From assembly GCA_024228495.1 (NCBI GenBank), contig JAAETJ010000241.1:4627-68626 (forward strand): 64,000 nt of DNA, in the 5' to 3' direction. Source of the stretch: a bacterium. Lineage in GTDB: Bacteria; Pseudomonadota; Alphaproteobacteria; Rhizobiales; JAKIUO01. The notes below the pieces were generated by a model, which ran no database searches, had not been told where the DNA came from, and saw only the letters and a program-made list of their open reading frames with translations. Below, piece after piece: positions 1 to 10,138 of this stretch. Numbering within the stretch: the stretch's first letter is position 1; the number at the start of each line of letters is the position of its first letter. The translations under genes were made by a program, and so were the position numbers.

Positions 1-66
1 CTTGACCGTTGATGTGCCAGCTCCCGACGATCCGGTGACTGAAATGACAGGATACTTTTTCGTCAT
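1..66 (-). CDS. prk: phosphoribulokinase, first 22 codons only (gene runs off the left edge)
   Basis: Reverse complement of 1..66 reads MTKKYPVISVTGSSGAGTSTVK, starting at CAT (=ATG) 64-66. This is the typical N-terminus and P-loop (VTGSSGAGTST) of class I bacterial phosphoribulokinase. It is too short to appear in the ORF track. Confidence 0.65.
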   Translation of the reverse strand, partial: MTKKYPVISVTGSSGAGTSTVK

Positions 67-321
67 TCGTGATTCTAACCCCTCTTGCCCGTACAATACC
101 TGCTCATAGAACATTTCTGGTCCTGTGTGCAAGATGCAACAGTTTGAATATTCTATTTTGTCGCAGGGCGCAACCTTGGTCTTTTCGGCAAGCTTCACCT
201 GCCCCGCGCGCAACCTTTGTTCACCAAGGGGGCTTTGCACTTCGCGCCCAAAGGTGCTAGCAGTACGCCAATCCAATCACAAACTAATCGTAATCAATGA
301 ATTAACTACCAGGGAGAACCC

Positions 322-1578
322 ATGCCTAAAAATGCTTTTTATGCGCAGTCTGGCGGTGTTACAGCTGTCATAAATGCCTCTGCCTGCGGCGTTATTGAAA
401 CAGCGCGCAAGCATAGCGATAAAATCGGAACCGTCTATGCAGGCCGTAACGGCATAATCGGCGCCCTTACCGAAGAGCTGATCGATACCTCGCTTGAAAG
501 CGATGCCGATATCGCGGCGCTGCGCCACACACCTGCTGGTGCTTTTGGCTCGTGCCGCTTTAAACTCAAGAGCCTTGAGGACAACATACGCGAATATGAG
601 CGTCTGATCGAAGTCTTCAAAGCTCATGACATTGGCTATTTCTTTTATAATGGCGGCGGCGATAGTGCCGACACTTGCTACAAGGTCTCCCAGCTTTCTG
701 AAAAGATGGGCTATCCCGTGCAGGCCATCCATGTACCAAAAACCGTCGACAATGATTTGCCTGTCACCGATAATTGCCCGGGTTTTGGCTCAGTTGCCAA
801 ATATATCGCAATCTCGACCCGTGAAGCCTCTTACGACGTGCGCTCCATGGCCAAAACCTCGACCAAGCTTTTCGTGCTCGAAGTGATGGGCCGTCATGCC
901 GGCTGGATCGCCGCAGCTGGTGGACTTGCCGCAGATGAAACCAATGATATTCCGGTGATTATTCTGTTCCCCGAAATCGATCTCGATCAGGACAAGTTCT
1001 TTGCCAAGGTCAAAGAAAATGTCGACAAATATGATTATTGCTCGATTGTTGTGTCTGAAGGCGCCAAGTGGCCAGATGGCCGCTTCCTAGCGGAGCAAGG
1101 CACCAGAGACAGCTTTGGTCACGCCCAGCTTGGCGGCGCAGCTCCTGTTGTTGCCAATATGATCAAAGACGCACTGGGCTATAAATTCCATTGGGCCGTT
1201 GCTGACTATATGCAGCGCGCCGCTCGTCACATAGCCTCCAAAACCGATGTTGAGCAAGCTTATGCCATGGGTAAAGTCGGTGTTGAAATGGCGCTTGAGG
1301 GCAAGAACTCCATCATGCCCGCCATCATCCGTACCGGTAACAATCCCTACACATGGGAAGTTGGATCAGGCAATCTCGCTGATATTGCCAATGTCGAAAA
1401 AATGATGCCGCGCGAATATATTTCCGAAGATGGTTTCGGTATTTCGCAGGCTGGACGCGACTATCTGTTGCCGCTTATTCAGGGCGAAGATTACCCGCCT
1501 TACAAAAACGGCATGCCCGACTATGTCACGCTAAAAAATCAGATCACTGCCAAGAAACTCGAAAACTTCGAGATCTAG
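322..1578 (+). CDS. pfp: 6-phosphofructokinase, probably pyrophosphate-dependent (PfkA family)
   Basis: 418-aa ORF with PfkA motifs NGGGDS, PKTVDNDL and MGRHAG. The Lys in PKTVDND (Gly in ATP-dependent enzymes) and the ~420-aa size fit the PPi type. AGGGAGA lies just upstream of the ATG. Confidence 0.85.
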   Translation: MPKNAFYAQSGGVTAVINASACGVIETARKHSDKIGTVYAGRNGIIGALTEELIDTSLESDADIAALRHTPAGAFGSCRFKLKSLEDNIREYERLIEVFKAHDIGYFFYNGGGDSADTCYKVSQLSEKMGYPVQAIHVPKTVDNDLPVTDNCPGFGSVAKYIAISTREASYDVRSMAKTSTKLFVLEVMGRHAGWIAAAGGLAADETNDIPVIILFPEIDLDQDKFFAKVKENVDKYDYCSIVVSEGAKWPDGRFLAEQGTRDSFGHAQLGGAAPVVANMIKDALGYKFHWAVADYMQRAARHIASKTDVEQAYAMGKVGVEMALEGKNSIMPAIIRTGNNPYTWEVGSGNLADIANVEKMMPREYISEDGFGISQAGRDYLLPLIQGEDYPPYKNGMPDYVTLKNQITAKKLENFEI

Positions 1579-1602
1579 TCAGCACGAGGCTTGAACATTC
1601 AA

Positions 1603-1638
1603 GGGGCGGCTCTGCTTGATGGCGGGACCGCCCTTTTT
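1603..1638 (+). terminator. putative intrinsic terminator after pfp
   Basis: GGGGCGG (1603-1609) pairs with CCGCCC (1628-1633) and is followed by TTTTT (1634-1638), 25 nt after the pfp stop. Confidence 0.55.
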
Positions 1639-1741
1639 CATGCGCCTTAACAGCAACCATGGCTCGTGCTACGCTTGGTGTCCCGATCCGATCCAATCCA
1701 ATCAAACCGAACCGGTCATCAAACGAGAGTGGCAAATACTT

Positions 1742-2356
1742 ATGAGAACCACCCACCGAATAAAGCTCACTATTTCTCTCACCCTTATCGGGTTTCTCAT
1801 CTTTTTGAGCCTTATTCCGATTACCATTTATCTGGCGCCGCCGCGCCCCGCCAACGCGCAGTCAGCGGATCTCAACACCTCGGTGATTAAATGGTCTGGG
1901 GGTGGCCTAAAACTTGAATTGCAAGCCATGCCACTTGATCTCGTGCGCGCTTTTTTTCTGGGGCGTGGGTTTTCAGCCATTGACGCCGATTACATTGCCA
2001 AAACAGGCTGTATCTACCGCTCTGCGCTTGGCAATAATGGTGTAAAATCGGGCGATCCCGCAACAGTCATCGAACTGACCAAATGGCGCATTATTGGTCC
2101 CAAGGAGCCACAAGTTATTCAAACCCGCCAGCAATGGGCAAAAATATGGGACAACAGAAAAGTGTCCAAGAATGCCAAGGTTGCTTTCCACTGGGCTCTG
2201 TTTCCAACCAGCCAAAGCTACCGGTCCAGTGACTATAACTGGGGCATGATCAGCTTTAATATGCCTCCTGGAACGCGTTTTGACCTTGAAGTTCGCTGGC
2301 GAAGCGGCGATGTTGAAAAAAACAAAATGCTGAAAAAACTGGAGTGTGGGAAATGA
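1742..2356 (+). CDS. hypothetical exported or membrane-anchored protein
   Basis: Within ORF 1616..2356. ATG 1742 precedes a hydrophobic segment (IKLTISLTLIGFLIFLSLIPITIYLA) followed by PANAQS. Its stop overlaps the next start (ATGA at 2353-2356). I recognise no family, and the start is uncertain. Confidence 0.55.
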   Translation: MRTTHRIKLTISLTLIGFLIFLSLIPITIYLAPPRPANAQSADLNTSVIKWSGGGLKLELQAMPLDLVRAFFLGRGFSAIDADYIAKTGCIYRSALGNNGVKSGDPATVIELTKWRIIGPKEPQVIQTRQQWAKIWDNRKVSKNAKVAFHWALFPTSQSYRSSDYNWGMISFNMPPGTRFDLEVRWRSGDVEKNKMLKKLECGK

Positions 2357-2925
2357 TCTCGACGGGGCACAAAAACATGACGGAAAGATCGGTCAAGCAT
2401 ATAAGAAAATACTGCGCTGGCCTGCTGAGCTGCTTGTTGATCACTCTTTCACCGGTTGGCTCGGGACAAGCGCGAGAACTTTTGCACCCCGTTCCTGGCA
2501 CACCCCAAGCACAAGATTTTGAGCTTCATGATCTGGATAGCAACGCTCTCAAACTATCGGATTTCAAGGGGCATATTGTTGTCGTCAACTTCTGGGCAAC
2601 CTGGTGCCCTCCGTGCCGGGCAGAAATACCCTCCATGCAGCGGGCCTGGACACATCTAAAAAAACATAATGTGGTGATACTGGCCATTCATGTCGGTGGC
2701 AATGAAGATAAAATCTGGTCTTTTCTCACCGATTTTGGTGTGGATTTTCCAGTGTTGATTGACGCCAATTCGAAGGTCTCGCGTAGCTGGCCGATGAGAG
2801 GTCTGCCAACAACCTTCATTATTGATCCACAGGGGAAAATCGCCCTTCGCGCCATTGGCGGGCGAGAATGGGATGATCCGGCTCTGATAAAAACCATACT
2901 AGCACTGGCCAAACAGAAAAAATAG
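2353..2925 (+). CDS. TlpA/ResA-like periplasmic thiol:disulfide oxidoreductase (redoxin fold)
   Basis: FWATWCPPCRAEIP carries a CPPC active site and the protein has an N-terminal hydrophobic signal or anchor. ATG 2353 overlaps the upstream stop and has GGAG 8 nt upstream. The ORF-track start is 2344. Confidence 0.85.
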   Translation: MISTGHKNMTERSVKHIRKYCAGLLSCLLITLSPVGSGQARELLHPVPGTPQAQDFELHDLDSNALKLSDFKGHIVVVNFWATWCPPCRAEIPSMQRAWTHLKKHNVVILAIHVGGNEDKIWSFLTDFGVDFPVLIDANSKVSRSWPMRGLPTTFIIDPQGKIALRAIGGREWDDPALIKTILALAKQKK

Positions 2926-3287
2926 AGCGCGACATTCGTCTCTCTATCGGGTCGTTTTGTCGCACAAATGATCACCGTGCGCGGAGCAATCAAACAACCA
3001 AAAAGACCAGACTGAGCGCCATTGTCACACTGGCGCGCGCCATAAACTCAAATACTATACTCACAACTATTTCCCATAACGGGGCTGTCAGCATCCTATA
3101 CTGCAAGCGCTCTTCAACAGGCTCAAAGTGAGCCACGAAAGAGCAAACGAGAGGCAGTGATTGGACAATTAAGCATGACAACCTGAACACAAATCACAAT
3201 AAACCAGCTTCCAGCTTAACGCAAAAGCCCTAAAATTACGTAAGCACAGAAGATTTTATGCGCTGGTCAGAAATGATACGCAGCCAG

Positions 3288-5282
3288 CTAACGCCTGTTT
3301 ATGTGGAGACGACGCAAGTGTGGAACTTTTATTCTCTGACCGCTATATATCTTGTTGGGATTTTTGATCCTGCGGCGATTGGCTCGCTGGATATGTCGAT
3401 AATACCGACCGCGACCGTAATAGTGCTCGGAATATCCCCACAATGTCGTGCCGTTTCGAACTCTCACTCTGGCGGGTGTGCGCCGCGACTTTGGATACCT
3501 CTTTCTCTTGGCCATGTATCTGGCCTTGTTTTTACGCGACAGATAGTAACTTCCCACGGTGCGCCTTTTAACGGAGCGACGAGCACTTGAGCGGCGAGTC
3601 TTTGAACGGCGAGTCTTTGAACGGCGAACCATTTTCCGGCGTGGCTTTTGCACGCGATGGACGCGGCGGCGCGGTGCGGTTTTTTCTATGCCTGAACGTT
3701 GCACTGTAGCTTGCTCTACCTGGCCCTTTTGGGGTGTGGTCGCGATTGATGACTTCAAGCCGCCCGATGGAACTGAATGATCAGCCCCCTCACCGCTCAC
3801 AGCCGGCTGTGTATAAGGTGCACTTCGACCGTTCGTCATTTTAGCGGCGCTGCCATTGGTGGGCTTAGCCAACGGGGTCGGCTTTTGGTCCGCGCTCTTG
3901 GCTATTTGCGCGTCACGGACCTTTGCCACGTGATCATATTGCATGCGGGCTTCCGAAGCGATGCGGCCGCTTTTCAATAGATGACCTGCTTTAAATATAT
4001 GCGAGCCCGTCTTCATGTTATCGGGCTTTGCAAAGGTCCAGATACCCTTGCTATTGGCGACCACCTCGCCAATTTTCAGCAACCCTTTTGACAGGCGAAT
4101 ACGGCTACCGGGAATCCCACGACCTGATAGCTTCAACAAGCCTCCAGTTTTATTGGGTTCATAACTTAGCGATTCAAAGGCAAATTCTTCCGCGCCCGTA
4201 TCTGCAGATTTGATTGCAGGTGAGGCCAGTTTTGGCATGGATTTGGAGGCATCCGCTAACTTGCTCTCATCAACTTTATTTACAACTAACTTCATGGGAG
4301 TGGTCTTATCTGGGGCCGCCTTTGTGAGATCAGCCATTTTTGGCTGGTCAGAACTTGACTGTGGAGCCTCGCCGTTCGCATCCGTCTCAACTTTAAAAAT
4401 GCCTGCAAACCTGTCCCAAGCGGTTTTTTGCGTGCCCTTTGAGAGTGCATCGGCCCGATCAAATGGGACTTGCGCATGAGCAATACGCAGGCCCTTGTCA
4501 TTGCGCTGTTCAACAAGCAACATATGGGCTCCAGGAGACAATGACCGATTTGTCTCCAAACTCCAGGCACCCGATTTATCGGCAGTGGTGCGACCAATCT
4601 CTATGCCATCAATGTTAAAGTGCAGCTTTGCGCCGGCCTGCGCGGTGCCGGACAGCCTGACCTCTCCTGCTTCACCTTCTGCTGCGATATAGGCCGTTTC
4701 CTTGAACAAGATATTCGGCTGATCCTCCTTGCTGGGTGCGGCAACGCTCTTTGTCACATCCACAACTACTCCGGGTTGTTCCCCAGATTCGTCGTTTGGC
4801 GCTGGTGACGGAATGGATATGATTGGTGGCACAGCTTTTTTCATCGCCTGCTCAAAATTTTCAGGATGACTTTCCTTTGCCTGTTTATCTTCCAGCCCTT
4901 GCAAAATCTGTTGACCGGAAGCCAATGGCTGCTCCAGCTCAACGGTAAAATCGTCATCCTTACTGACGTCCGCCGTTTTAACGGTCTTGCCATTGAGTTC
5001 AAGCGCCACATTTGTATCGGGAAGAGCTTTGCCCGTCAGTGTCCCGGTGCCATCATTGGCCAGATTGGCGGATACCAAGCCGGGTTTTTGTGCGACAGCA
5101 ACCTGAGTACTATTATCTTGTACCGGCACGACATCTGCCGCCGGCATGACAAGGAGCGGTTCGACGACTTTTTGATCATCATCTGCATGACGCAATTTAT
5201 CAACCAATGCACCGCCGACCCCAAATAATACCATCACCACGAGGACTATGCCCGCAAATGATTTTCCACTTGATGAACTCAT
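3288..5282 (-). CDS. LysM-domain peptidoglycan-binding protein with an N-terminal anchor and an Arg/Lys-rich tract
   Basis: The C-terminus (VRVRNGTTLWGYSEHYYGRGRYYRHIQRANRRRIKNPNKIYSGQRIKVP) looks like a LysM domain. The N-terminal TM segment is FAGIVLVVMVLFGVGGALV. Before the LysM domain lies a basic stretch, RRRVHRVQKPRRKMVRRSKTRRSKTRRSSARRSVKRR. The start is either ATG 5282 or GTG 5300. Confidence 0.75.
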   Translation of the reverse strand: MSSSSGKSFAGIVLVVMVLFGVGGALVDKLRHADDDQKVVEPLLVMPAADVVPVQDNSTQVAVAQKPGLVSANLANDGTGTLTGKALPDTNVALELNGKTVKTADVSKDDDFTVELEQPLASGQQILQGLEDKQAKESHPENFEQAMKKAVPPIISIPSPAPNDESGEQPGVVVDVTKSVAAPSKEDQPNILFKETAYIAAEGEAGEVRLSGTAQAGAKLHFNIDGIEIGRTTADKSGAWSLETNRSLSPGAHMLLVEQRNDKGLRIAHAQVPFDRADALSKGTQKTAWDRFAGIFKVETDANGEAPQSSSDQPKMADLTKAAPDKTTPMKLVVNKVDESKLADASKSMPKLASPAIKSADTGAEEFAFESLSYEPNKTGGLLKLSGRGIPGSRIRLSKGLLKIGEVVANSKGIWTFAKPDNMKTGSHIFKAGHLLKSGRIASEARMQYDHVAKVRDAQIAKSADQKPTPLAKPTNGSAAKMTNGRSAPYTQPAVSGEGADHSVPSGGLKSSIATTPQKGQVEQATVQRSGIEKTAPRRRVHRVQKPRRKMVRRSKTRRSKTRRSSARRSVKRRTVGSYYLSRKNKARYMAKRKRYPKSRRTPARVRVRNGTTLWGYSEHYYGRGRYYRHIQRANRRRIKNPNKIYSGQRIKVPHLRRLHINRR
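3592..3627. repeat. 15-bp tandem repeat (2.4 copies) inside the LysM gene
   Basis: CGGCGAGTCTTTGAA occurs at 3592-3606 and 3607-3621, with a partial third copy. It encodes the RRSKT-RRSKT-RR repeat on the minus strand. Confidence 0.9.
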
Positions 5283-5669
5283 CTTGATCCGTCGCCTCAC
5301 ACACCAGTTATAGTTATCTTAAATCGCCACATTCTCGCCGATTTAGGAAACATGATTTAATCAAAAAACGCAATAATCCTCAAGGCCCACACACCATAAT
5401 AAAGGATCAAGAGGCAATTCCCAGCATTCATATTATATGAATAAAAGCGTGTGAACATCCTTATCTTACAATACAGTCTTTATGCTGCTTGGCCAATCCC
5501 TCTTAACGATAAGATAAAGGCTGAAGGGTGCATTGTTGCAAGAAGTCCCACGAACATGCGAGGCTGGTCATCCCGATCACACAGTTGCCAAATATTTCGA
5601 CGATACTGACACTTGGAAAACATATTGAGTGATCTAACCAAACGCCAATTGAATAGTCAGGAAACTTGC

Positions 5670-6290
5670 ATGGAACATAGCGCATTGAAAATGGCCGAGA
5701 TCAAAAATGTCTGTGTATATTGCGGCTCAGGTTCAGGGGTTAATCCCAACTTTGCCAGAGCCGCAAAAATATTGGGCAAAGACCTCGCCAATCGGAATAT
5801 AGGCCTGGTGTATGGCGGTGGCAGTCTTGGATTAATGGGCGAAGTTGCCCGCGCAACTCTTGAGGCCGGAGGTCAAGTGACAGGCATTATTCCCGAATTT
5901 CTATCAGAGAGGGAACATATGCTGGAAGAGGTGCAAGAGCTGATTGTCACCGACAGTATGCATGAGCGCAAACAATATATGTTTGCCAAATCAGATGCTT
6001 TCGTGGCGCTCCCCGGAGGTGCCGGCACTCTTGACGAGTTGATCGAGCAGGTGACGTGGTCACAGCTCAACCAGCACAACAAGCCAATCATCATCGCCAA
6101 TATCGATAATTACTGGCAGCCCTTATTGGAACTTTTGCATCATATGAGCGAAGAAACTTTTATCCGCCCCGGCCTTGAGGTCAGCTTCAAGGTGGTCAAA
6201 AACGCCAAAGACATCTTGCCCACCGCCATTGAAATGGCTTTAACCATGGAAATGCTGCCCGGAAACACCATTTTCCCTTCGGAATTCTAA
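5670..6290 (+). CDS. LOG family protein (TIGR00730, cytokinin riboside 5'-monophosphate phosphoribohydrolase-like)
   Basis: VCVYCGSGSG, GLVYGGGSLGLMG and PGGAGTLDEL are LOG/lysine-decarboxylase-like motifs. The start is ambiguous (5613, 5670 or 5691). Confidence 0.85.
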   Translation: MEHSALKMAEIKNVCVYCGSGSGVNPNFARAAKILGKDLANRNIGLVYGGGSLGLMGEVARATLEAGGQVTGIIPEFLSEREHMLEEVQELIVTDSMHERKQYMFAKSDAFVALPGGAGTLDELIEQVTWSQLNQHNKPIIIANIDNYWQPLLELLHHMSEETFIRPGLEVSFKVVKNAKDILPTAIEMALTMEMLPGNTIFPSEF

Positions 6291-6296
6291 TCGCCT

Positions 6297-6698
6297 TTAA
6301 AAACGTGGAATACGAAAACCCGAAACCATCATCATCACCCACCCAAGAACAAAGCTCATACCTCCTATGGGGATGAGGGGAATGAGCGGAGAACCGCCCA
6401 TGATGGCTTTCACGTAAAAGGAGCCCGAGAACAGCAGTATTCCGAAAAAGAAAAATACTGCAGACAGGCGTGCACTCCAGGAACCATGGGACTCCATCCC
6501 ATGATCAAACACCCAGATCAACCACGAACAAAACAGTATCGCAAACACATGGATCATGTGATAGCGCCAGGCTTTTTCAAAAAACACCGCCTTGTCGCCG
6601 GTGAGTGTGTCGGCCAGCATATGCGACCCCATGGCCCCCAGGAAAACACCAAGTGCGCCCAGTAAGCCAGCAACAATAATCCAGAAGCGAAATCCCAT
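6297..6698 (-). CDS. DUF423 (YgdD-like) small membrane protein
   Basis: 133 aa with four hydrophobic helices. The N-terminus FWIIVAGLLGALGVFLGAMGSHML is typical of DUF423. Confidence 0.7.
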   Translation of the reverse strand: MGFRFWIIVAGLLGALGVFLGAMGSHMLADTLTGDKAVFFEKAWRYHMIHVFAILFCSWLIWVFDHGMESHGSWSARLSAVFFFFGILLFSGSFYVKAIMGGSPLIPLIPIGGMSFVLGWVMMMVSGFRIPRF

Positions 6699-6791
6699 AA
6701 TCCTACCCTCGTCCTGTTATAAGTCCCTCATATCAATATAGGTTCTTCGTGTACATATTTCAAAACAATATGCGCGCCACTTTATAACCCC

Positions 6792-8168
6792 TTAGCGAGC
6801 GACTTCCCATGAAGTCACCATATCGCCGGTTTTGGGATCTTTGCCATCATTGAGGACAATGCCCATTTGCACCAGTTCGTCGCGCAACCGGTCAGCCTTC
6901 GCCCAGTCCTTGTCGGACCGCGCCTTGATGCGGGCATCGATCAGCGTTTGCACGACACTTTCATCAACCGCGCGCGCCGGGGAAGACAGGGCTTTCCATT
7001 CCTCAAGACTGTGAGTAAGCAGGCCCATAAACTGCGCGCAGGCTTTCAGGCAGCCAGCGGCTCCTTTTTCGCCTTTAGCGGCTTCACGGCGTAATTCATG
7101 CAGCGCCGTTATGGCTTTCGGCGTGTTAATATCATCTTCAAGTGCACCAAGCACATCGGTGCACAGCATGCACCCGGTCTTAACGTCAGACGTCAGCTCA
7201 TACCAGTGATCCAAGGTTTTTTGCGCGCTGGTCAGTGCCTTCACCGTCCAGTCAATGGGTTTGCGATAATGGGTCATCAGCATGGTGAGACGTATCACCT
7301 CCCCCGGCCACTCCTTGAGCAACTCATTGATGGTAATGAAATTGCCAAGGCTTTTGCTCATCTTTTCGCCCTCGACCTGCAAATAACCATTGTGCAGCCA
7401 ATAATTGGCCATCACCTCATTTTCGTGGGTGCAGGTACTTTGGGCAATTTCGTTTTCATGATGGGGAAATATGAGATCCAGCCCACCACCATGAATATCG
7501 AATGTCTCGCCCAGATATTTCTTCGACATGACCGAACATTCCAGATGCCATCCAGGGCGTCCCTTGCTCCATGGACTTTCCCAGCCGGGTTCATTGCCAC
7601 TGGAGGGTTTCCAGAGTACGAAATCCATTGGATTTTTCTTATAGTCCGCCACCTCAACCCGCGCACCTGCCATCATCTCATCGAGAGAGCGATTTGACAG
7701 GCCGCCATAGTTCTTGTCGCTGGCAACATCAAACAGGACATGCCCCTGCGCCTCATAGGCATGACCCTTTTCGATGAGTGTTTTGGTCATCTCGATCATG
7801 CCCTCAATATGCTCGGTGGCACGAGGTTCGATGGTTGGTTCCAAAACGCCGAGCGCTTTGATGTCTTCGTGAAACTGCTTGATCGTACGCTTTGTGAGAC
7901 CCGTGATTGATACGCCTTCCCTGGCGGCTCGTGCGTTGATCTTGTCATCAACATCCGTGATATTCCGCACATAAATCACCTGCTCCTTGCCATAGAGGTG
8001 GCGCAACAGGCGATATAGCACATCAAAAATGATCACCGGGCGGGCATTACCGATATGAGCATAATCATAAACCGTGGGGCCACATACATACATGCGGACA
8101 TTGTCCGGCTTCAAAGAAATAAATTTCTGTTTCGTGCGGGTCAGTGTATTATAGAGTTTAAGCGACAT
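6792..8168 (-). CDS. cysS: cysteine--tRNA ligase
   Basis: 458 aa with class I HIGH (HIGNARP) and KMSKS motifs and a CysRS-like overall sequence. Confidence 0.95.
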   Translation of the reverse strand: MSLKLYNTLTRTKQKFISLKPDNVRMYVCGPTVYDYAHIGNARPVIIFDVLYRLLRHLYGKEQVIYVRNITDVDDKINARAAREGVSITGLTKRTIKQFHEDIKALGVLEPTIEPRATEHIEGMIEMTKTLIEKGHAYEAQGHVLFDVASDKNYGGLSNRSLDEMMAGARVEVADYKKNPMDFVLWKPSSGNEPGWESPWSKGRPGWHLECSVMSKKYLGETFDIHGGGLDLIFPHHENEIAQSTCTHENEVMANYWLHNGYLQVEGEKMSKSLGNFITINELLKEWPGEVIRLTMLMTHYRKPIDWTVKALTSAQKTLDHWYELTSDVKTGCMLCTDVLGALEDDINTPKAITALHELRREAAKGEKGAAGCLKACAQFMGLLTHSLEEWKALSSPARAVDESVVQTLIDARIKARSDKDWAKADRLRDELVQMGIVLNDGKDPKTGDMVTSWEVAR

Positions 8169-8298
8169 AATTTCTTTCTCATACGAGCCACAGAATTCTT
8201 ATAGTGAAAGATTGGTTTAACCTAATGCAGCGATAGTTGCTAGGGTGAGAACCCTTGGTCAAGAAACTCCTAATATAAAAGAGCTGCCGGGAACATTA

Positions 8299-10041
8299 AT
8301 GAAAAAGCGAAAGAGCAAAAGCAAAGCGCGCAATCAGGCAAAAAAAAATGCGACACAGGCGGCGCAAAAACAATCCCGAGAACAGGCAAAACCTCTCGCT
8401 GCAATGCCCCTGGATCCAGATGCACTGGTAGAAGTGCGCAATCTGTCAGTTGATTTTAAATCTTCCAAGAGCCTCACCCATGCCGTTAAAAACATCTCAT
8501 TTGATATCAAGCCGGGGGAAACAATTGCTCTGGTTGGTGAAAGTGGCTCGGGGAAAACCGTATCTGCACTCTCGATCATGCGTCTACTACCCTACCCGGC
8601 AGCCTCGCATCCCTCAGGAGAAATTTACTTCAAGGGCGACGATCTGCTAAAAATCGAGGGCAAGAAACTGCGCCAATATCGCGGCAATGCGATCTCCATG
8701 ATTTTTCAAGAGCCCATGTCGTCTCTCAATCCCCTGCATATGATCGAGCGTCAGATCGGCGAGGTGCTGGAAATGCATCGCGGCCTTTCGGGACAAGCGG
8801 CCCGCGCCCGTGTACTTGATTTACTGCACAAGGTTGGCATCAAGGATCCAGAACAACGGCTGGAGAGTTACCCCCATCAATTGTCTGGCGGTCAACGCCA
8901 GCGTGTCATGATCGCGATGGCGCTAGCCAATGAACCAGATCTGCTCATCGCCGACGAACCCACCACCGCACTTGATGTAACCATTCAGGCGCAAATCCTG
9001 GAGCTTTTGAAAAATCTGCAAAAAGAACTCGGTATGGCCCTGTTACTGATTACCCATGATCTGGGCATTGTGCGCAAAATGGCCGAGCGCACCTGCGTCA
9101 TGAAAGATGGCGAAATCGTCGAAAAAGGCGATACGGTCGATATATTCGATCATCCACAGCACAACTATACCAGGCATCTGTTGAACGCGGAGCCACGCGG
9201 CGAACCACCCGAGGAAGACTTCAGCGCCAAAACTGTAATCGAAACACATGATCTCAAGGTCTGGTTTCCGATCAAGCGTGGCCTGTTTCGCAAAACCGTC
9301 GATCACGTCAAGGCCGTCAATGGCATCTCCTTGCAATTAAAAGAAAAACAAACACTTGGCATTGTCGGGGAAAGCGGTTCAGGAAAAACCACGCTCGGCC
9401 TCGCTTTAATGCGCCTGATCTCTTCAAAAGGTCCGATTTCATACGTGGGGCAGCGCATTGATGACTATCAAATCAAGGATATGCGGCCTTTGCGACGCGA
9501 AATGCAAATCGTTTTTCAAGATCCCTACGGATCCTTGTCACCGCGCCTGTCGGTCAATCAAATCATCGAAGAGGGCCTGATAATCCAGCGCCCAGACATG
9601 ACAGCGGCGCAACGGCGCGAACGGGTTTCCCATGAACTCAACGAGGTGGGCCTCGATCCAGATTCACAGGATCGTTATCCGCACGAGTTTTCCGGTGGTC
9701 AGCGCCAGCGCATCGCGATTGCCCGCGCCATGATCCTGGAGCCCAAGTTCGTCATGCTGGACGAACCAACCAGCGCGCTTGACGTCTCGGTGCAAGCGCA
9801 GATCGTCGAGCTTTTGTTGAAGCTGCAAGAGGACCACAAGCTTTCTTATCTGTTTATCTCTCATGATCTACGCGTCGTGCGGGCACTGGCAAATCATGTC
9901 ATTGTAATGCGCAACGGCATTGCTGTCGAAGAAGGTCCCGCCACACAGATATTCAATAACCCCCAAACCGATTACACTGAGGCCTTGATGGCGGCAGCCT
10001 TCAACCTTGAGACTGCACCTGCGCACGTCATTGCGCAATAA
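8299..10041 (+). CDS. fused double-domain ABC transporter ATPase (YejF/DppDF-like)
   Basis: It has two Walker A motifs (GESGSGKT twice), two signature motifs ([16 protein letters not shown]) and two Walker B motifs ([24 protein letters not shown]). The Lys-rich N-terminal tail makes the start uncertain (8245 GTG, 8299 ATG or 8404 ATG). Confidence 0.85.
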   Translation: MKKRKSKSKARNQAKKNATQAAQKQSREQAKPLAAMPLDPDALVEVRNLSVDFKSSKSLTHAVKNISFDIKPGETIALVGESGSGKTVSALSIMRLLPYPAASHPSGEIYFKGDDLLKIEGKKLRQYRGNAISMIFQEPMSSLNPLHMIERQIGEVLEMHRGLSGQAARARVLDLLHKVGIKDPEQRLESYPHQLSGGQRQRVMIAMALANEPDLLIADEPTTALDVTIQAQILELLKNLQKELGMALLLITHDLGIVRKMAERTCVMKDGEIVEKGDTVDIFDHPQHNYTRHLLNAEPRGEPPEEDFSAKTVIETHDLKVWFPIKRGLFRKTVDHVKAVNGISLQLKEKQTLGIVGESGSGKTTLGLALMRLISSKGPISYVGQRIDDYQIKDMRPLRREMQIVFQDPYGSLSPRLSVNQIIEEGLIIQRPDMTAAQRRERVSHELNEVGLDPDSQDRYPHEFSGGQRQRIAIARAMILEPKFVMLDEPTSALDVSVQAQIVELLLKLQEDHKLSYLFISHDLRVVRALANHVIVMRNGIAVEEGPATQIFNNPQTDYTEALMAAAFNLETAPAHVIAQ

Positions 10042-10138
10042 GTCGCATGCTTATTACGAGATTGTGAATACGATGTGGTGCCCCGTTGAGCTATAGCATC
10101 AGGCACGCAATTATAATCTAGTAGGAGAACACAGCATT

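Noticed and set aside
2990-3190. A 66-aa hydrophobic minus-strand ORF between the TlpA-like and LysM genes.
   Set aside because: It could be a small membrane protein, but there is no RBS, no recognisable family and several possible starts. The evidence is insufficient.
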